Below are positions 44,947-56,021 of a stretch of 64,000 nucleotides of DNA, piece after piece. The first letter of the stretch is position 1; each line of letters opens with the position of its first letter. The stretch comes from Savitreella phatthalungensis. Taxonomy: Eukaryota. The notes beneath the pieces are model-generated. The model did no database searches. It was not told the origin of the DNA and saw only the letters and a program-made list of their open reading frames with translations. The DNA is taken from the NCBI GenBank assembly GCA_051599415.1, contig AP039708.1:124001-188000 (forward strand). Reading direction: 5' to 3'. The position numbers and the translations under genes were made by a program.

Positions 44947-45319
44947 AAGGTCGCACCTGTTACATCTCCGTCGAACCCGGAATGAAAGAAAGAAATAATG
45001 GTTGCGGGATACCCTTGGGGGAGGAGGTGGATGCGATTGGGTAGAGATCTACAAAGGCCCCACGCCTCTTTTCTTTCCCGTCCTTCTAGAGCTATAACCC
45101 ACTCGGTCCTTCTCTCTCTCTCTCTTTCCTAATATTCACCTGCCCTCTTGCCATCTCCATCGCAATCTTGTGCGCGTGCTTCATCTTCTTTCATACTTCC
45201 AAGCTCGGGCTCAGGTGGGCTCGGAGTTTTGGTCAAACCGGGTCAGGTCACACTTTTGACCAATTCTCCTACATAAAGCGTCTCGTCTGCCCACTCCAGA
45301 AAATCACCAAAAAGTCGCC

Positions 45320-47143
45320 ATGAACAAGAGCGACGTCCATCACGAAGAATCGGCCATCGGCGGTCATCCACACATCACCAAGGATGACCTCAACAACAAC
45401 CTCGACGCGAGAATCTCGAATCCGCTTCAATTTCTCACAAAGGACCAGCTCCTTGCAGACGTAGACAACTTCTGCAGCGAGAATGGGCTTGGCGCGGAGC
45501 AGGAGATCATCCGCAAGGGCGCACTCGTCGCCCAGAACCCACAGGAATTCGAAAACATCGGCGAGCTCTCGTCCGACGATGTGGCCCACCTGCGCGAGGA
45601 GGTCACCCACAGGTGGAGGCACCCGAGCATGCTCTACTTCGCCATCGTCCTCTGCTCCATCGGTTCGGCCGTCCAGGGATGGGACCAGACTGGCTCCAAC
45701 GGAGCAAACCTCTCATTCCCACAAGAATTCGGCATCGGGTCCGAGTCGGACTACGACACCCTCGTCGTCGGCGCCGTCAACGCCTCCCCCTACATCGCCT
45801 CTGCAGTCCTGGGTGTCTGGCTGTGCGACCCGTTCAACACGCTTTTCGGACGTCGCGCGACCATTTTCGTTTCTGCCATCCTCTGCATCGTCGGACCCCT
45901 CTGGTCCGGATTCTGCGTCTCCTGGCGCGAGCTCTTCATGGCCCGATTCGTCATGGGTCTCGGCATGGGACTAAAGGGCTCGACCATCCCGATCTACGCG
46001 GCAGAGTCCGCACCCACCCTCATCCGCGGCGCCCTCGTCATGTCTTGGCAGCTCTGGACCGCCTTTGGCATCTTCCTCGGCTTCTGCGCAAACCTCGTCT
46101 TCAAGGACGTCGGCAAGAACGCCTGGAGGTTCCAGCTCGCATCCGCCCTCGTCCCGGCAGTCCCACTCGCAGCAGGCATCTTCTTCATCCCAGAGTCCCC
46201 GCGTTGGCTCGTCCGCAAGGGCCGCTATGCAGAGGCCTATGCATCCCTCCTCAAATTCAGAAATTCACAAGTTCAGGCAGCACGTGACCTCTATGCCGTC
46301 CACGCACAGGTCCGCGAGGAGACTCTTGTCATCGGCCCTGTCGGCAACCCCTTCAGCCGATTTGTCGAGCTCTGGACCATTCCTCGCAATCGTCGCGCGG
46401 CCATCGCGTCCGGCACAGTCATGCTGGCACAGCAATTGTGCGGTATTAACATTATCGCATTCTACTCGTCGACCATCTTTGTCAAGAGTGGTGCGACTGC
46501 TACAGAGGCTCTGGCTGCCTCCACTGGCTTCGGTGCTCTCAACTTCGTCTTCGCCATCCCAGCCCTGTTCTTGATGGACACTTTCGGTCGTCGTTCGCTT
46601 CTCCTTGCCGCTTTTCCGGCAATGGCCTTCTGGCTACTCGCCACAGGCCTCTTCTACATCATCCCGGAGACCTCCAAGGCCCACCTCGGCCTTGTAGCCC
46701 TCGGCGTGTATTTATACAGTGCCTTGTACTCAGCGAGCGAGGGTCCAGTCCCGTTTGCGTACAGCGCTGAGGTCCACGCGCTTCGGGTACGCGAAGTCGG
46801 CATGTCCTGGGCCGTTGCGACATGTTTAGGATGGGCTTCGGTGCTTTCGCTCACTTTCCCGCGGATGCTTGTCGCTTTTGGCGTCACTGGATCGTTCATC
46901 TTCTACGCCGGGACCAACTTGCTCGCTCTCTTCCTCATTTTCCTGTTCGTGCCCGAGACAAAGCAGCTGTCGATGGAGGAGCTCGACTTCGTCTTCGCCA
47001 CCCCTCACAGAGTCTTCATCCGCTACCAGTTCAAGGAGGCTCTGCCGCACTGGTTCAAGACCAAGATCCTCCGCCAGAGGCTTCCACCTCTCGAGCCACT
47101 TTTCCGTCGCACTTCAGTTGCGTCGTCTCAGCTCGAGAAGTAA
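45320..47143 (+). CDS. MFS sugar porter (polyol/myo-inositol-like transporter)
   Basis: QGWDQTGSNGAN, FGRR, PIYAAESAP..IRGALVMSWQLWTAFGI, PESPRW, QQLCGINIIAFYS and VPETK; 12 TM helices. Confidence 0.93.
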   Translation: MNKSDVHHEESAIGGHPHITKDDLNNNLDARISNPLQFLTKDQLLADVDNFCSENGLGAEQEIIRKGALVAQNPQEFENIGELSSDDVAHLREEVTHRWRHPSMLYFAIVLCSIGSAVQGWDQTGSNGANLSFPQEFGIGSESDYDTLVVGAVNASPYIASAVLGVWLCDPFNTLFGRRATIFVSAILCIVGPLWSGFCVSWRELFMARFVMGLGMGLKGSTIPIYAAESAPTLIRGALVMSWQLWTAFGIFLGFCANLVFKDVGKNAWRFQLASALVPAVPLAAGIFFIPESPRWLVRKGRYAEAYASLLKFRNSQVQAARDLYAVHAQVREETLVIGPVGNPFSRFVELWTIPRNRRAAIASGTVMLAQQLCGINIIAFYSSTIFVKSGATATEALAASTGFGALNFVFAIPALFLMDTFGRRSLLLAAFPAMAFWLLATGLFYIIPETSKAHLGLVALGVYLYSALYSASEGPVPFAYSAEVHALRVREVGMSWAVATCLGWASVLSLTFPRMLVAFGVTGSFIFYAGTNLLALFLIFLFVPETKQLSMEELDFVFATPHRVFIRYQFKEALPHWFKTKILRQRLPPLEPLFRRTSVASSQLEK

Positions 47144-48404
47144 CCATGTCGCCTCTCGTCCTTTGGCAGCTAACCTAGGTAAAATTGCTGGCTCCGGCCC
47201 CACTCTCTTCTGCCGCTGCGTAACCCGTAGTTTTATCTGATGCTATTCTCACGGCCAAAATTGATCGATTCACCAAAAAATGATACCTTTACCACTCAAA
47301 TTAATCCGAATGCACAAACAACCGTGTAAGTCAGCTATCAGTGTCTCTGGTAGCACGAGACGGCGCATCTCCCAATGTCAATGCAGAGCAATGCATATAC
47401 TTAACTCAGGCGATCCATCCAGCTCAAGCTACCAACTGCCGCATAGTGTTGTCAGCTACGTAGAGCACATTCGGGCCGTGCAAGGCATGTTATCAGAGGA
47501 CTCGATCCAGCTCAAGGGCAAAAGACGGCGCGATGTGCTGAAGGTTGAAGAGCTAACTCCCAATGCGCAGCGACCACGCGGAGCATAGTCAGCGCATGGA
47601 AATCCATTGCACTCGAATGTGCAAAATAACACACCCAGGCTCAAGGGATTGTCCAGCTCGAACGTACACTACGGCGCGATACAATCAAGTCTGTAGGTCC
47701 CCGTTGCGGAGCATATTCGTCAGGAAGGAAGGATCAAAGGTCCCGAAAGCAATAGCTCTGATACTCGCTCGCCCGCCTGCACGGGACTCTGATTGACATT
47801 TCGCTCAAGCCGTTCATCAGACTCTCCAAATGGGCTGACAAGTACATGAAGCCATACTCCAGCCTCGTATTCACCCTATCTTTGACCCGTCTATACTCTG
47901 GACAGGAGCATTATACAAGTGCACGTGTACGTGATCGATCGATCAATCAGGGCTCAGACACGTGCATGATCGTGAGGACATATGGCGGTGAAGGCAGCTG
48001 CTGCTGCCGCCGCCACATCCGCAGAGGCGGCAAGTCAGTCAGAAGGACGATGCTGTCGTGCAGAACCAGTCTTGCACAGCTCCGAGGACATCTGCGAGCG
48101 AGACGGGCAAGCGCAGACACGTCCAGACACAGGACTGATATGTATAGATGTGTGTCGAATTCGCCTGCACGGATGAGTTGCCGTCACGTGAACACTTAGA
48201 CCGATTGATCACTCCTTTTGGCTCGTATAGTCAATCTATACAGAGTGTCGTCATCAGCTCTTGCCAGCCCTGAGTCTTAACGTAGAGACTCCCTGAGCTC
48301 CTTCACCCGCTTAGTCACAGCACGGCAAAGGTCATCTCAAGCACTTCTCAACATTTCGTGCTCAACAGTCAAGTGCTCAACAGTCAAGGATTTCACCGCA
48401 TTCA

Positions 48405-50522
48405 ATGGACGATCGAGGAGAGGGAACTTCGCGACAGCCGTATACCCGCACTGAGACCTCGCAGCCTGGACCAGTAGATCAAGCCATGTCTACTGGTTCT
48501 GAAGGGACGCCCGGCAGGCTCGACTGGATCGAGGCTCTTGAAGGTGGTCCAAGACTGACGAACTTCCGCAAGCAAGTCTGGTCTTGGTGGGAGGAGTGGT
48601 TGGAAGATCAAGAGCTTCAAGAGGTAATCACTCCGGACAAGCCACCAACGGGCCGTCAGCTACTTGAGTTCATGGCCGTACTCGCCGCGCGCATGGAAGG
48701 CAACCCAAAGCAACCGTATATCCAGGGCAAGCCGGACAGGCGCCCGAGTATAGACACTGTGAAGGAGATACTTGGCGCAATCTTGAAGTGTCTGCAAAGC
48801 TGGGCGCGTGGGGAGGCTCAAGACGCCCTGTTGCACTGGAACCTTAAAATGCAAGGAGCAGTCAACATCATGTCTCGCTTGCGCGACTTTGATCTGATAT
48901 CTCTCGGAACAGACCGAGAATGCTTGAATCTCTACGGCACGGATTACCTCGAAATGATGCTCGCAGGGTTCAAGATACAATTCAATTCCCAACTTCACGA
49001 CTGGGGGGAGTTTGTTGCCAAAGCTTCGGTGCTATCAATAGGTTACATGACCGCTGCACATGCTGATGAGATCTTATACGACCGTGAAGATGCTGAGCCT
49101 TCCACAAGACCGAAAGACCTGCCAACGATGCGATGGCGCGATATCCAGTTTCTGCTTCCTTTGTCGGAGGATAGCGGTTTCCGAGCACTGATCTCGTTCG
49201 AGCACAGCAGAGGGAAGAAGAGGACGGTCGCAATCGAACAGACTCGCGAGGGTCCGTATGCAGCCATCGATCCTGTGTCGATATTATTGGCACACGCTTT
49301 CCGACAAAAGGTCTTTCAAGACTTCAAGCGCGAGGAGCCAGGCGAACATCCATTTGATTGGCTGAAGCGCAATGTTCTCGCAACCGGATCCATCCTACGG
49401 ATCCGTCCTGAGGCTCGGGACAGGCCGGTCTTCGCGACTGACTCCGGATTCCCGCAAGACACACGGTTCGCGGACGCAGCCTTGAGCATGTTCCTCGATG
49501 CAGCAGGCATAGTCCAAGACCTCAATTACATGGACATGCGGCGGGGAGCTGCTTCGTGCTGGCGCCACATCCGGAACATTGTTCCGGGGTATCTCGAAAT
49601 GGTAGACACGACTGAGAAGGCCGCTCACAAGCTGATGCAGGCAGGCAAAGGCATCAAGGTGACTGAACACAACATACCACGTCCTCCAAAGCGCATTTCT
49701 GCTCTGTTCGACTCAAAGCAAGACGATTATGAGTATCGGTACATCAGTCTTGTGGCCTGCCTGAATGCGTCTTACTGTCGTCGGATCAAGTTTCTTTCAC
49801 AGTTCGTCGACGATGCTCTACCGAGCACTATGCCATCTGTCAGAAAGGTCGAGCGACTGCGCTTCCTGGATGATATACGAGCGGTGCTCGTGACGCATCA
49901 TTCTGCATCGGAGATTCCCGCCAAGTCTATTCTACTGACGGCTGTGGAAGGGGAGAGAGCATTCATGGAACTGCCCGCCGACTTCGACCAGATGCGCCTA
50001 GCGGGTCGTAAGACCGCTGAGCAAGCGAGACAGGACGCTCCAGCTCATCAACGTAAAGATGCTCCTGAGATCGACACACGGGCTACTGATGCCTGCGACG
50101 ACGACTTAGAGGGTCAGCGCTTCTACTACGATGACCAAAACAGAGAAGATCCGGTGAGCTATAATCAGTTTGTCGAATTGGCATGCGGCAACTTCGACGA
50201 AATATCGAAAACTGGCTCGAAAGGAAACCCGATCATCAATGATCGACAACTTGTGAAAGTTTTGGCGACAGCCACTCGTCACATCAACTCACCGACCGCG
50301 CCTACTCGCTACGTGTGTACAAGGTGCAAATTTTCAGCAACTTCCGTGGGTCTTATTTGCTGCCACCTGCGCGAATCGTGCCCGACAAGCCGAGATGCTG
50401 TGCTCCCTGTGCAACGCGAACCCAACATGGATGATCGCAGCTCCAAAGCGAGCGAGCCACAAGGTAATCTCGGCTCGGCAGACCAGGAGGCAGGAGACGC
50501 GAAGCGGCGTCGGCTCGGATGA
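48405..50522 (+). CDS. Tyrosine-recombinase-like protein (DUF3435/Crypton-like), intact ORF with apparently substituted active site; C-terminal Cys/His zinc finger
   Basis: The motif order TAAHADEIL...MRWRDIQFLL...IDPVSILLAHAF...LRIRPEARDRPVF...YMDMRRGAA matches fungal transposon YRs. CTRC-x12-HLRESC forms a finger. Two degraded paralogues lie downstream. Confidence 0.72.
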   Translation: MDDRGEGTSRQPYTRTETSQPGPVDQAMSTGSEGTPGRLDWIEALEGGPRLTNFRKQVWSWWEEWLEDQELQEVITPDKPPTGRQLLEFMAVLAARMEGNPKQPYIQGKPDRRPSIDTVKEILGAILKCLQSWARGEAQDALLHWNLKMQGAVNIMSRLRDFDLISLGTDRECLNLYGTDYLEMMLAGFKIQFNSQLHDWGEFVAKASVLSIGYMTAAHADEILYDREDAEPSTRPKDLPTMRWRDIQFLLPLSEDSGFRALISFEHSRGKKRTVAIEQTREGPYAAIDPVSILLAHAFRQKVFQDFKREEPGEHPFDWLKRNVLATGSILRIRPEARDRPVFATDSGFPQDTRFADAALSMFLDAAGIVQDLNYMDMRRGAASCWRHIRNIVPGYLEMVDTTEKAAHKLMQAGKGIKVTEHNIPRPPKRISALFDSKQDDYEYRYISLVACLNASYCRRIKFLSQFVDDALPSTMPSVRKVERLRFLDDIRAVLVTHHSASEIPAKSILLTAVEGERAFMELPADFDQMRLAGRKTAEQARQDAPAHQRKDAPEIDTRATDACDDDLEGQRFYYDDQNREDPVSYNQFVELACGNFDEISKTGSKGNPIINDRQLVKVLATATRHINSPTAPTRYVCTRCKFSATSVGLICCHLRESCPTSRDAVLPVQREPNMDDRSSKASEPQGNLGSADQEAGDAKRRRLG

Positions 50523-53500
50523 TCGAGGACGACGACCCTTGCCCGACCACATATTGGCGCTCAGCAGCACCTCCCGCGCATATATACGCACTTAACGACT
50601 ATTCTGCTACATCGTCTCTGACGTTGCCAAGCAGTGCTCCGCCATCATCTCAAGAAGGATTCCGAGCCCATCATCAGCAATGCATCTCTATTGAACGACT
50701 AATCTCGACGTGAATCTGTGTCCAAGCATCCCTGTACGAGCCCTTGTGCGCCTTGATCGCTGTTGTCGAGTGAACGAGAGCAAGTGCAATCGGCACATAT
50801 TGCTGTCCCACGCTCAGAAGACCTTTCACTCGTACATGCATCCGCAGGCACGTACACACTTACACACATTATCACGCACGACCAGACCAAGACGGGCGCA
50901 CGTTCGCTGGTAAGACCTGTCAGCTCACCAGATTGAAGAGTAAGCTGCGAGTATAGCACCTATGCCCTTCGGCCTCATCGGACGATGATGACAACACCGA
51001 CCTCCTCTTTCACGGCATAGAATAAAACCTCGACAAATGATGCAGGCGAGATGACGCTGAAGAGATTCAATATTTGCCATCCGACAACATGCATGCATGT
51101 TTTCTAAGTCATGTCAAATAGCGCATGACTGACAGGTCCTACACGATGCACATAATCAGTCGACTCCCTGAGATTGTGACAGTTATGGTCAACACTTGCG
51201 CGCGACGCGCTTCAGATGGTGCTCACGAGCCTTGCTCTTGGACAACGGTGGGAGCGAGCTTGATCTTAAAAGCGCTCCTGCATCGTAAAGGCACGCTGCG
51301 CAATGAGATCTTTGGACATCACGCTCGCCAGGATGCGCTTCAATCAGGCTATCGCTGATGCTCCCTCTACGACCTTCACTTACGCCCGCGGCGGAGCTCG
51401 AACAACAACTCCGATCAGAAATGATTGACAATGACGCAGATCAGAAGCGCTCGCCACCCCTCATCGCCGGACGGATTGCCGGCGCTCTCAAAAACCAGGC
51501 GCATGCGTGGATCGCGTACAATGATCGACCAGACGGTACAATCTCTCTCGGCTCAGCTGGCTGCAGCGGAAGTGTTCATCGCCCTTATACTGAGCGGGTC
51601 GCGCGAAGACACCTCATGCGTCTGGATCTTTGAGGACGCTCGCGATATGGACCGCATTCAGGCATTGACGGCACATGAGACGTCGCGGCAGGGGACGACG
51701 CAATCTGCGCTTTCTTGCGTGCAAAGATGCTGCAGAAGAGACGAGTACCCCGATGAAGTTTACCTCAGTCAATTGAGTCTATGAACCATCGGAATCATGA
51801 AGATGCCGACAAGCTGCTGTCAGGTGAGACGGTCGGTCTTGGCAATCTTCCCTAGATCATCAGCTTTCACGTTGCGGTGGCTCTCGACATCTACAGCCTT
51901 GACAGTATGACGATGCCCGAGCTGCAATTTACACTTCTGATGTCACGCCTGAATTTGACGAAGACGGCATCGCCTTCAGCGCTACCTTGTCTTGAGATCA
52001 GAATATAATTGCTAGAGATGCGGACGATTGAAACGGACGGTAAGTGAGCGTTGATGAAGCTCCTACCCGTCGCTTGCTTGAGACTTGTACTTGTCGGGTT
52101 GTTCGACTATTCAGGAAGCTGTATGAGGGGCTCTCGAGTGTCAAAGTTAACAGGCGAGCGAGACTGAGAGCTCGACGGCGGCTGTCTCACCACGGCACAC
52201 TGGCATGGCCATTATCCCACTTAACTGTCTTGACTCGTCGTCAGCCGGGACCCTCATCACAGACTGGTAACAACGCCTGCTTCTACTCATGCGGCTGCGT
52301 TAGCAGCATTGTGGATTCTCATTGTTGTCCTACTCCGATCGCATCTCTATGCCCATACTCACCGTCAACGCCGATTATGGTGTACGATGCAAAGTGCGAA
52401 GAGTGCTTGTGGCCTGTGCCAGTCGCGAGATCGTCAGCGCGCTACTGGTCAGTAGTTCTTGCACTTGCTCGACCACACATTGACTGGCGTTAATCTCGAT
52501 GCCGCGCTCCATCGCCGGTACGTCTGGCAGTTGCGGAACAATTTTTCTTCCAACAATCGACGTGCTCGATGTTCCGTCTAGTGGACGACAGCCGCTAAAA
52601 TCGGCTTTGCAGGCCGCGCATCTCCAGGTGGATTCAGTCCAGCACTACTCCGAGGACGAGTGCACCAAGCTCAGACACTATCCTTCTGCAGAGCCTTTAC
52701 ATGTCAAGTAACCGATCAGACATCGTCACGTGAGCGCGCAGACCGATTGGACAATGCATATATGCATGTTCATTGTGTGTACAAACATGCATGCCTTGTA
52801 CAAAAGTCATGATCGTCGACGCTCTCAATGCGAAGTATCTCTATTGTCATTGTCTTGTGCGCCTGGCAAGAAACTTCAATCATAACCCGTCGTTGTATGA
52901 ATACATCACGTCACCAATACTCTCCTGTCGTGCAAATGGCTGAGTTGCGCAGACGGTTGGCTAACGCCCACACGACATTGACCTTGAACACGTGTGTGCT
53001 CAAGGTTGCCACGACTTGCAAACACACTGCCCGGCAGCTCCATATATTGACTATCTTTAGTATGATCAGCGTCTCAACGACGGGTTCCACATCAGAGACT
53101 GCCGTCATACGTCAGTCATCCTTGAATGGACCGGTGTCCGTCGAGCAGCCGTTGATAAGATAAACGTGCATGACGCGTTGGAAATTCGCGGTGAATGAAT
53201 ATTCGAAATCTGTTGGGCGTGTTCAGATATCATCCCCTCTCACTGGGCCCAGGTTCACGTGCCATGAATTAGTCTCGAGCGATGCACAATCTCCATCAAT
53301 CGCCCCTCAATCATCAGTGATCGCGCAACACCTTAATCGCCACGTCGGAAGATGGAGAGGAAAGACAATGGTCGACCTGAGAAGCAGCGCATCGAGCGTC
53401 CTAGGTCTTCTGCCAGGGAATTGTCGTCTTTCGGCGACCTTGAGAGACCGTGAGACGTAGTACAGACCCCTGCAGGACTGCTTTTCTGTGGTGTTCATTC

Positions 53501-53704
53501 GTATCAATCGATTGAGCTGCATTCAGCTCGAAATGAAACCAGGCGTGCTAGTCCCAGTGACGTAAAGGCATTTTACAGTTGCTCATTGATGCATAGCCGG
53601 TCTGCGAATACTTATAGTCGTCCATAGTCTCTTCAAAAAACTCTACATCGCTATCGCTCTCCAGAACATCAAGACTTCGTCAATCAGCATGCGAAGCGCC
53701 CACC

Positions 53705-55972
53705 ATGAGTGACAATGGAGAGGAGACGTCTACACAGCACCCAAGACGCCGAAGCAGGCGCAAGCTCACGCCTGTGAACAGGTCGCTGATTCGAGATATT
53801 GAATCGAAGACTAATGACTGTGACTGGATCGATCGACTCGTGGAGCACCTCGGACGAGGGTCCGGAAAGAAAAACAGTGGTTGCGAAGGCATTTGTGAGG
53901 CCTATCGCGTGTGAACCAAGATTTCAGCAACACCAGTATCGCGTCGGGGACTTTTCGAATCGTATCCACTCCTGGGCGGATGTCGTACTTGCCATTGACT
54001 GGTGGCCACTTGGGATTGCCAACCAACCGTGTGGCAGTATAGCAGATGAAAGCTAGCAGATCTTTTGCCCTTGGCGGATTTTCGAAGGCGAACTCGTATT
54101 GGCATGCTCGGTCCTTTCCCAGAACTTCCACAAGTTCACGTTCGAGCACCACCCAACCTCAGGAGATCTACCCGCTTTCATCTGCCATACTACTACACGC
54201 TTGGCTGGCATTCCCAAGTGGCCACCAGTCAATGGCAAGTAGGGCATCCGCTCAGGATTGGATACGATTCAAAAAGTCCTCGACGCGATACTCGTGTTGC
54301 TGAAACCTTCATTCACACGTGACAGACCCCACAAATGCCTTCGCGACTGGACAAGCGCGAGGTAGAACAACATCAATACCATGTCAATTGTCAGAGACCT
54401 TGATCTGGTGTTCCTCTGAACCACTCGTCCCGAAATTTGTATTCACGCCACAGAGTACCGAGAAGCAATGCTCGCAGGCGTCAAGTCGCAGCTGAACACA
54501 AGACACCACAATTGGGACGTTTTCTTTGCGAGAGCCGCAGCCGTCTCTATTGCGTTTATTATTGTGGCTCGCGTAGGGGGCATTCTGTGCGACCGACTGG
54601 CATTGAAACAGCCCGGGTCAGACGAACCACCGACAATGCGCTAGTCGGCGTTAAGGCTCTTCCTTGCTACAAGGAACGGCGCTGGTTTTCGCATCGAGAT
54701 CGCGCTCATGGAAAGGCTGCCTAGAGTCGTGCTGTCCAAGTTGTCATGGCTAAACAGGTCGTCAACGGCTCCCTTGCCGCAGTCGATCCGGTGATAATGT
54801 TGCTTGCCCATGCCATCAGGAACAACGTAATCGAGACGACCACCCCTTGCGAGCCAAATGAGACGGTCATGACCTAGCTATAGCGCACGCGCCCCACCGA
54901 GGACAAATGCCTCACGATACGCCCTGAAGTGCAGCATGAGCCAGTCTTCGTCACTCGTGCTGACGAAGCGCACCACACACGGTTTTCGAACGAGGCGCTT
55001 GGACACTTCTTTGGCGTCGCCGGTGTCAAGATGTACCTCTCCATCCACGACCTTCGTCGAGGAGCTGCTGCGTGCAAGGCTGCCCTGAATACGATGGACC
55101 CTGAGTTCTCACTCTGCTGAGCGTGGTCCATTGCGTACGGGAGAGTACTATGGCGATCGTCAATTCAGGGAGCTAAGCTTTGTGACCAAAGAGGAAGTCA
55201 GACGATCCGCTGGAAAGCGCATTCCTGCTACGCTCGACGAACTCCGTCTATCGGGTCGTGATTCGACACTACGACAGTACAACACCACCTCTGCCGAGAA
55301 AGAGGACGAGGACGAGAATGACGACGAAGATAAACAGGAGGACCAGGACTATGATGAGGACAAGGACGATGACGACAGCGACAATTGTTCAGAGAGTAAC
55401 GTCACGAGCAAGGCCCCGAAGATGAAGGTCGAAAATTCGGCCGAGCTTCAGGAAATCATCGGCGAAGAAGACGAATGCGAAGACGAAAGTCGATGAACGA
55501 CTCGACGACGCCCTTGTTCAGCAATTCATTCCCGACGCGGACGAGAGGCTAGACTCCACCGTGGCCGATGACTTGCTGGTGGATGCCGAATATCTCTTAC
55601 TCATCGCGACGACTGCCGCCGGCTGCTCGGAGTCGGTGAACAAGACCGTGTACAGAAGCGCTGGGTGCAGTTACCAGACAAATGTGGTATCGCGTATTTG
55701 CAATCACATGCTGGGAGTGTGAACACTCCGTGCGAACGACCGGTCGGCGGTTCCTCGCATTGCGCGCGGATGCGTGGAGACCTTCGTCGGAAATACTGAC
55801 AACCGGACAACCATGCTCATGCATGCCCAAACCCACCACCGCCACATGCGCATCTGACCCAATTTTGGGAGAAGATTTCAACGCTTACCCGTCTGCGCGG
55901 AGTGCTTCATTCCGATGCACCAAGAAAACATGTTTGTGCACAAGGCTCATTATCAGCGACCAGGGAACTTGA
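53705..55972 (+). pseudogene. Disrupted YR paralogue (copy 2) with internal inverted segment
   Basis: Collinear similarity to the 48405 ORF: MSDNGEETS/DWIDRL; HNWDVFFARAAAVSIAFIIVARVGGIL...PTMR*; VDPVIMLLAHAI; IRPEVQHEPVF; IHDLRRGAA; IPATLDELRLSGR. In-frame stops, frameshifts and deletions are present. Confidence 0.8.
53880..54346. repeat. Long inverted repeat (hairpin A): arms ~53880-54053 and ~54174-54346
   Basis: CTTGCCATTGACTGGTGGCCACTTGGGA in the left arm is the reverse complement of TCCCAAGTGGCCACCAGTCAATGGCAAG in the right arm. Complementarity extends ~170 nt. Confidence 0.9.
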
Positions 55973-56021
55973 TGGTGCAATGAGATCGCCTTCTGGCCGC
56001 GAATGTCTCGTTCGTGGCGAA

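Noticed and set aside
48407..50529. 12/13-nt match GGA(C/T)GATCGAGGA at the start and stop of the YR ORF as terminal direct repeats
   Set aside because: It overlaps coding sequence, would exclude any promoter, and is short enough to arise by chance.
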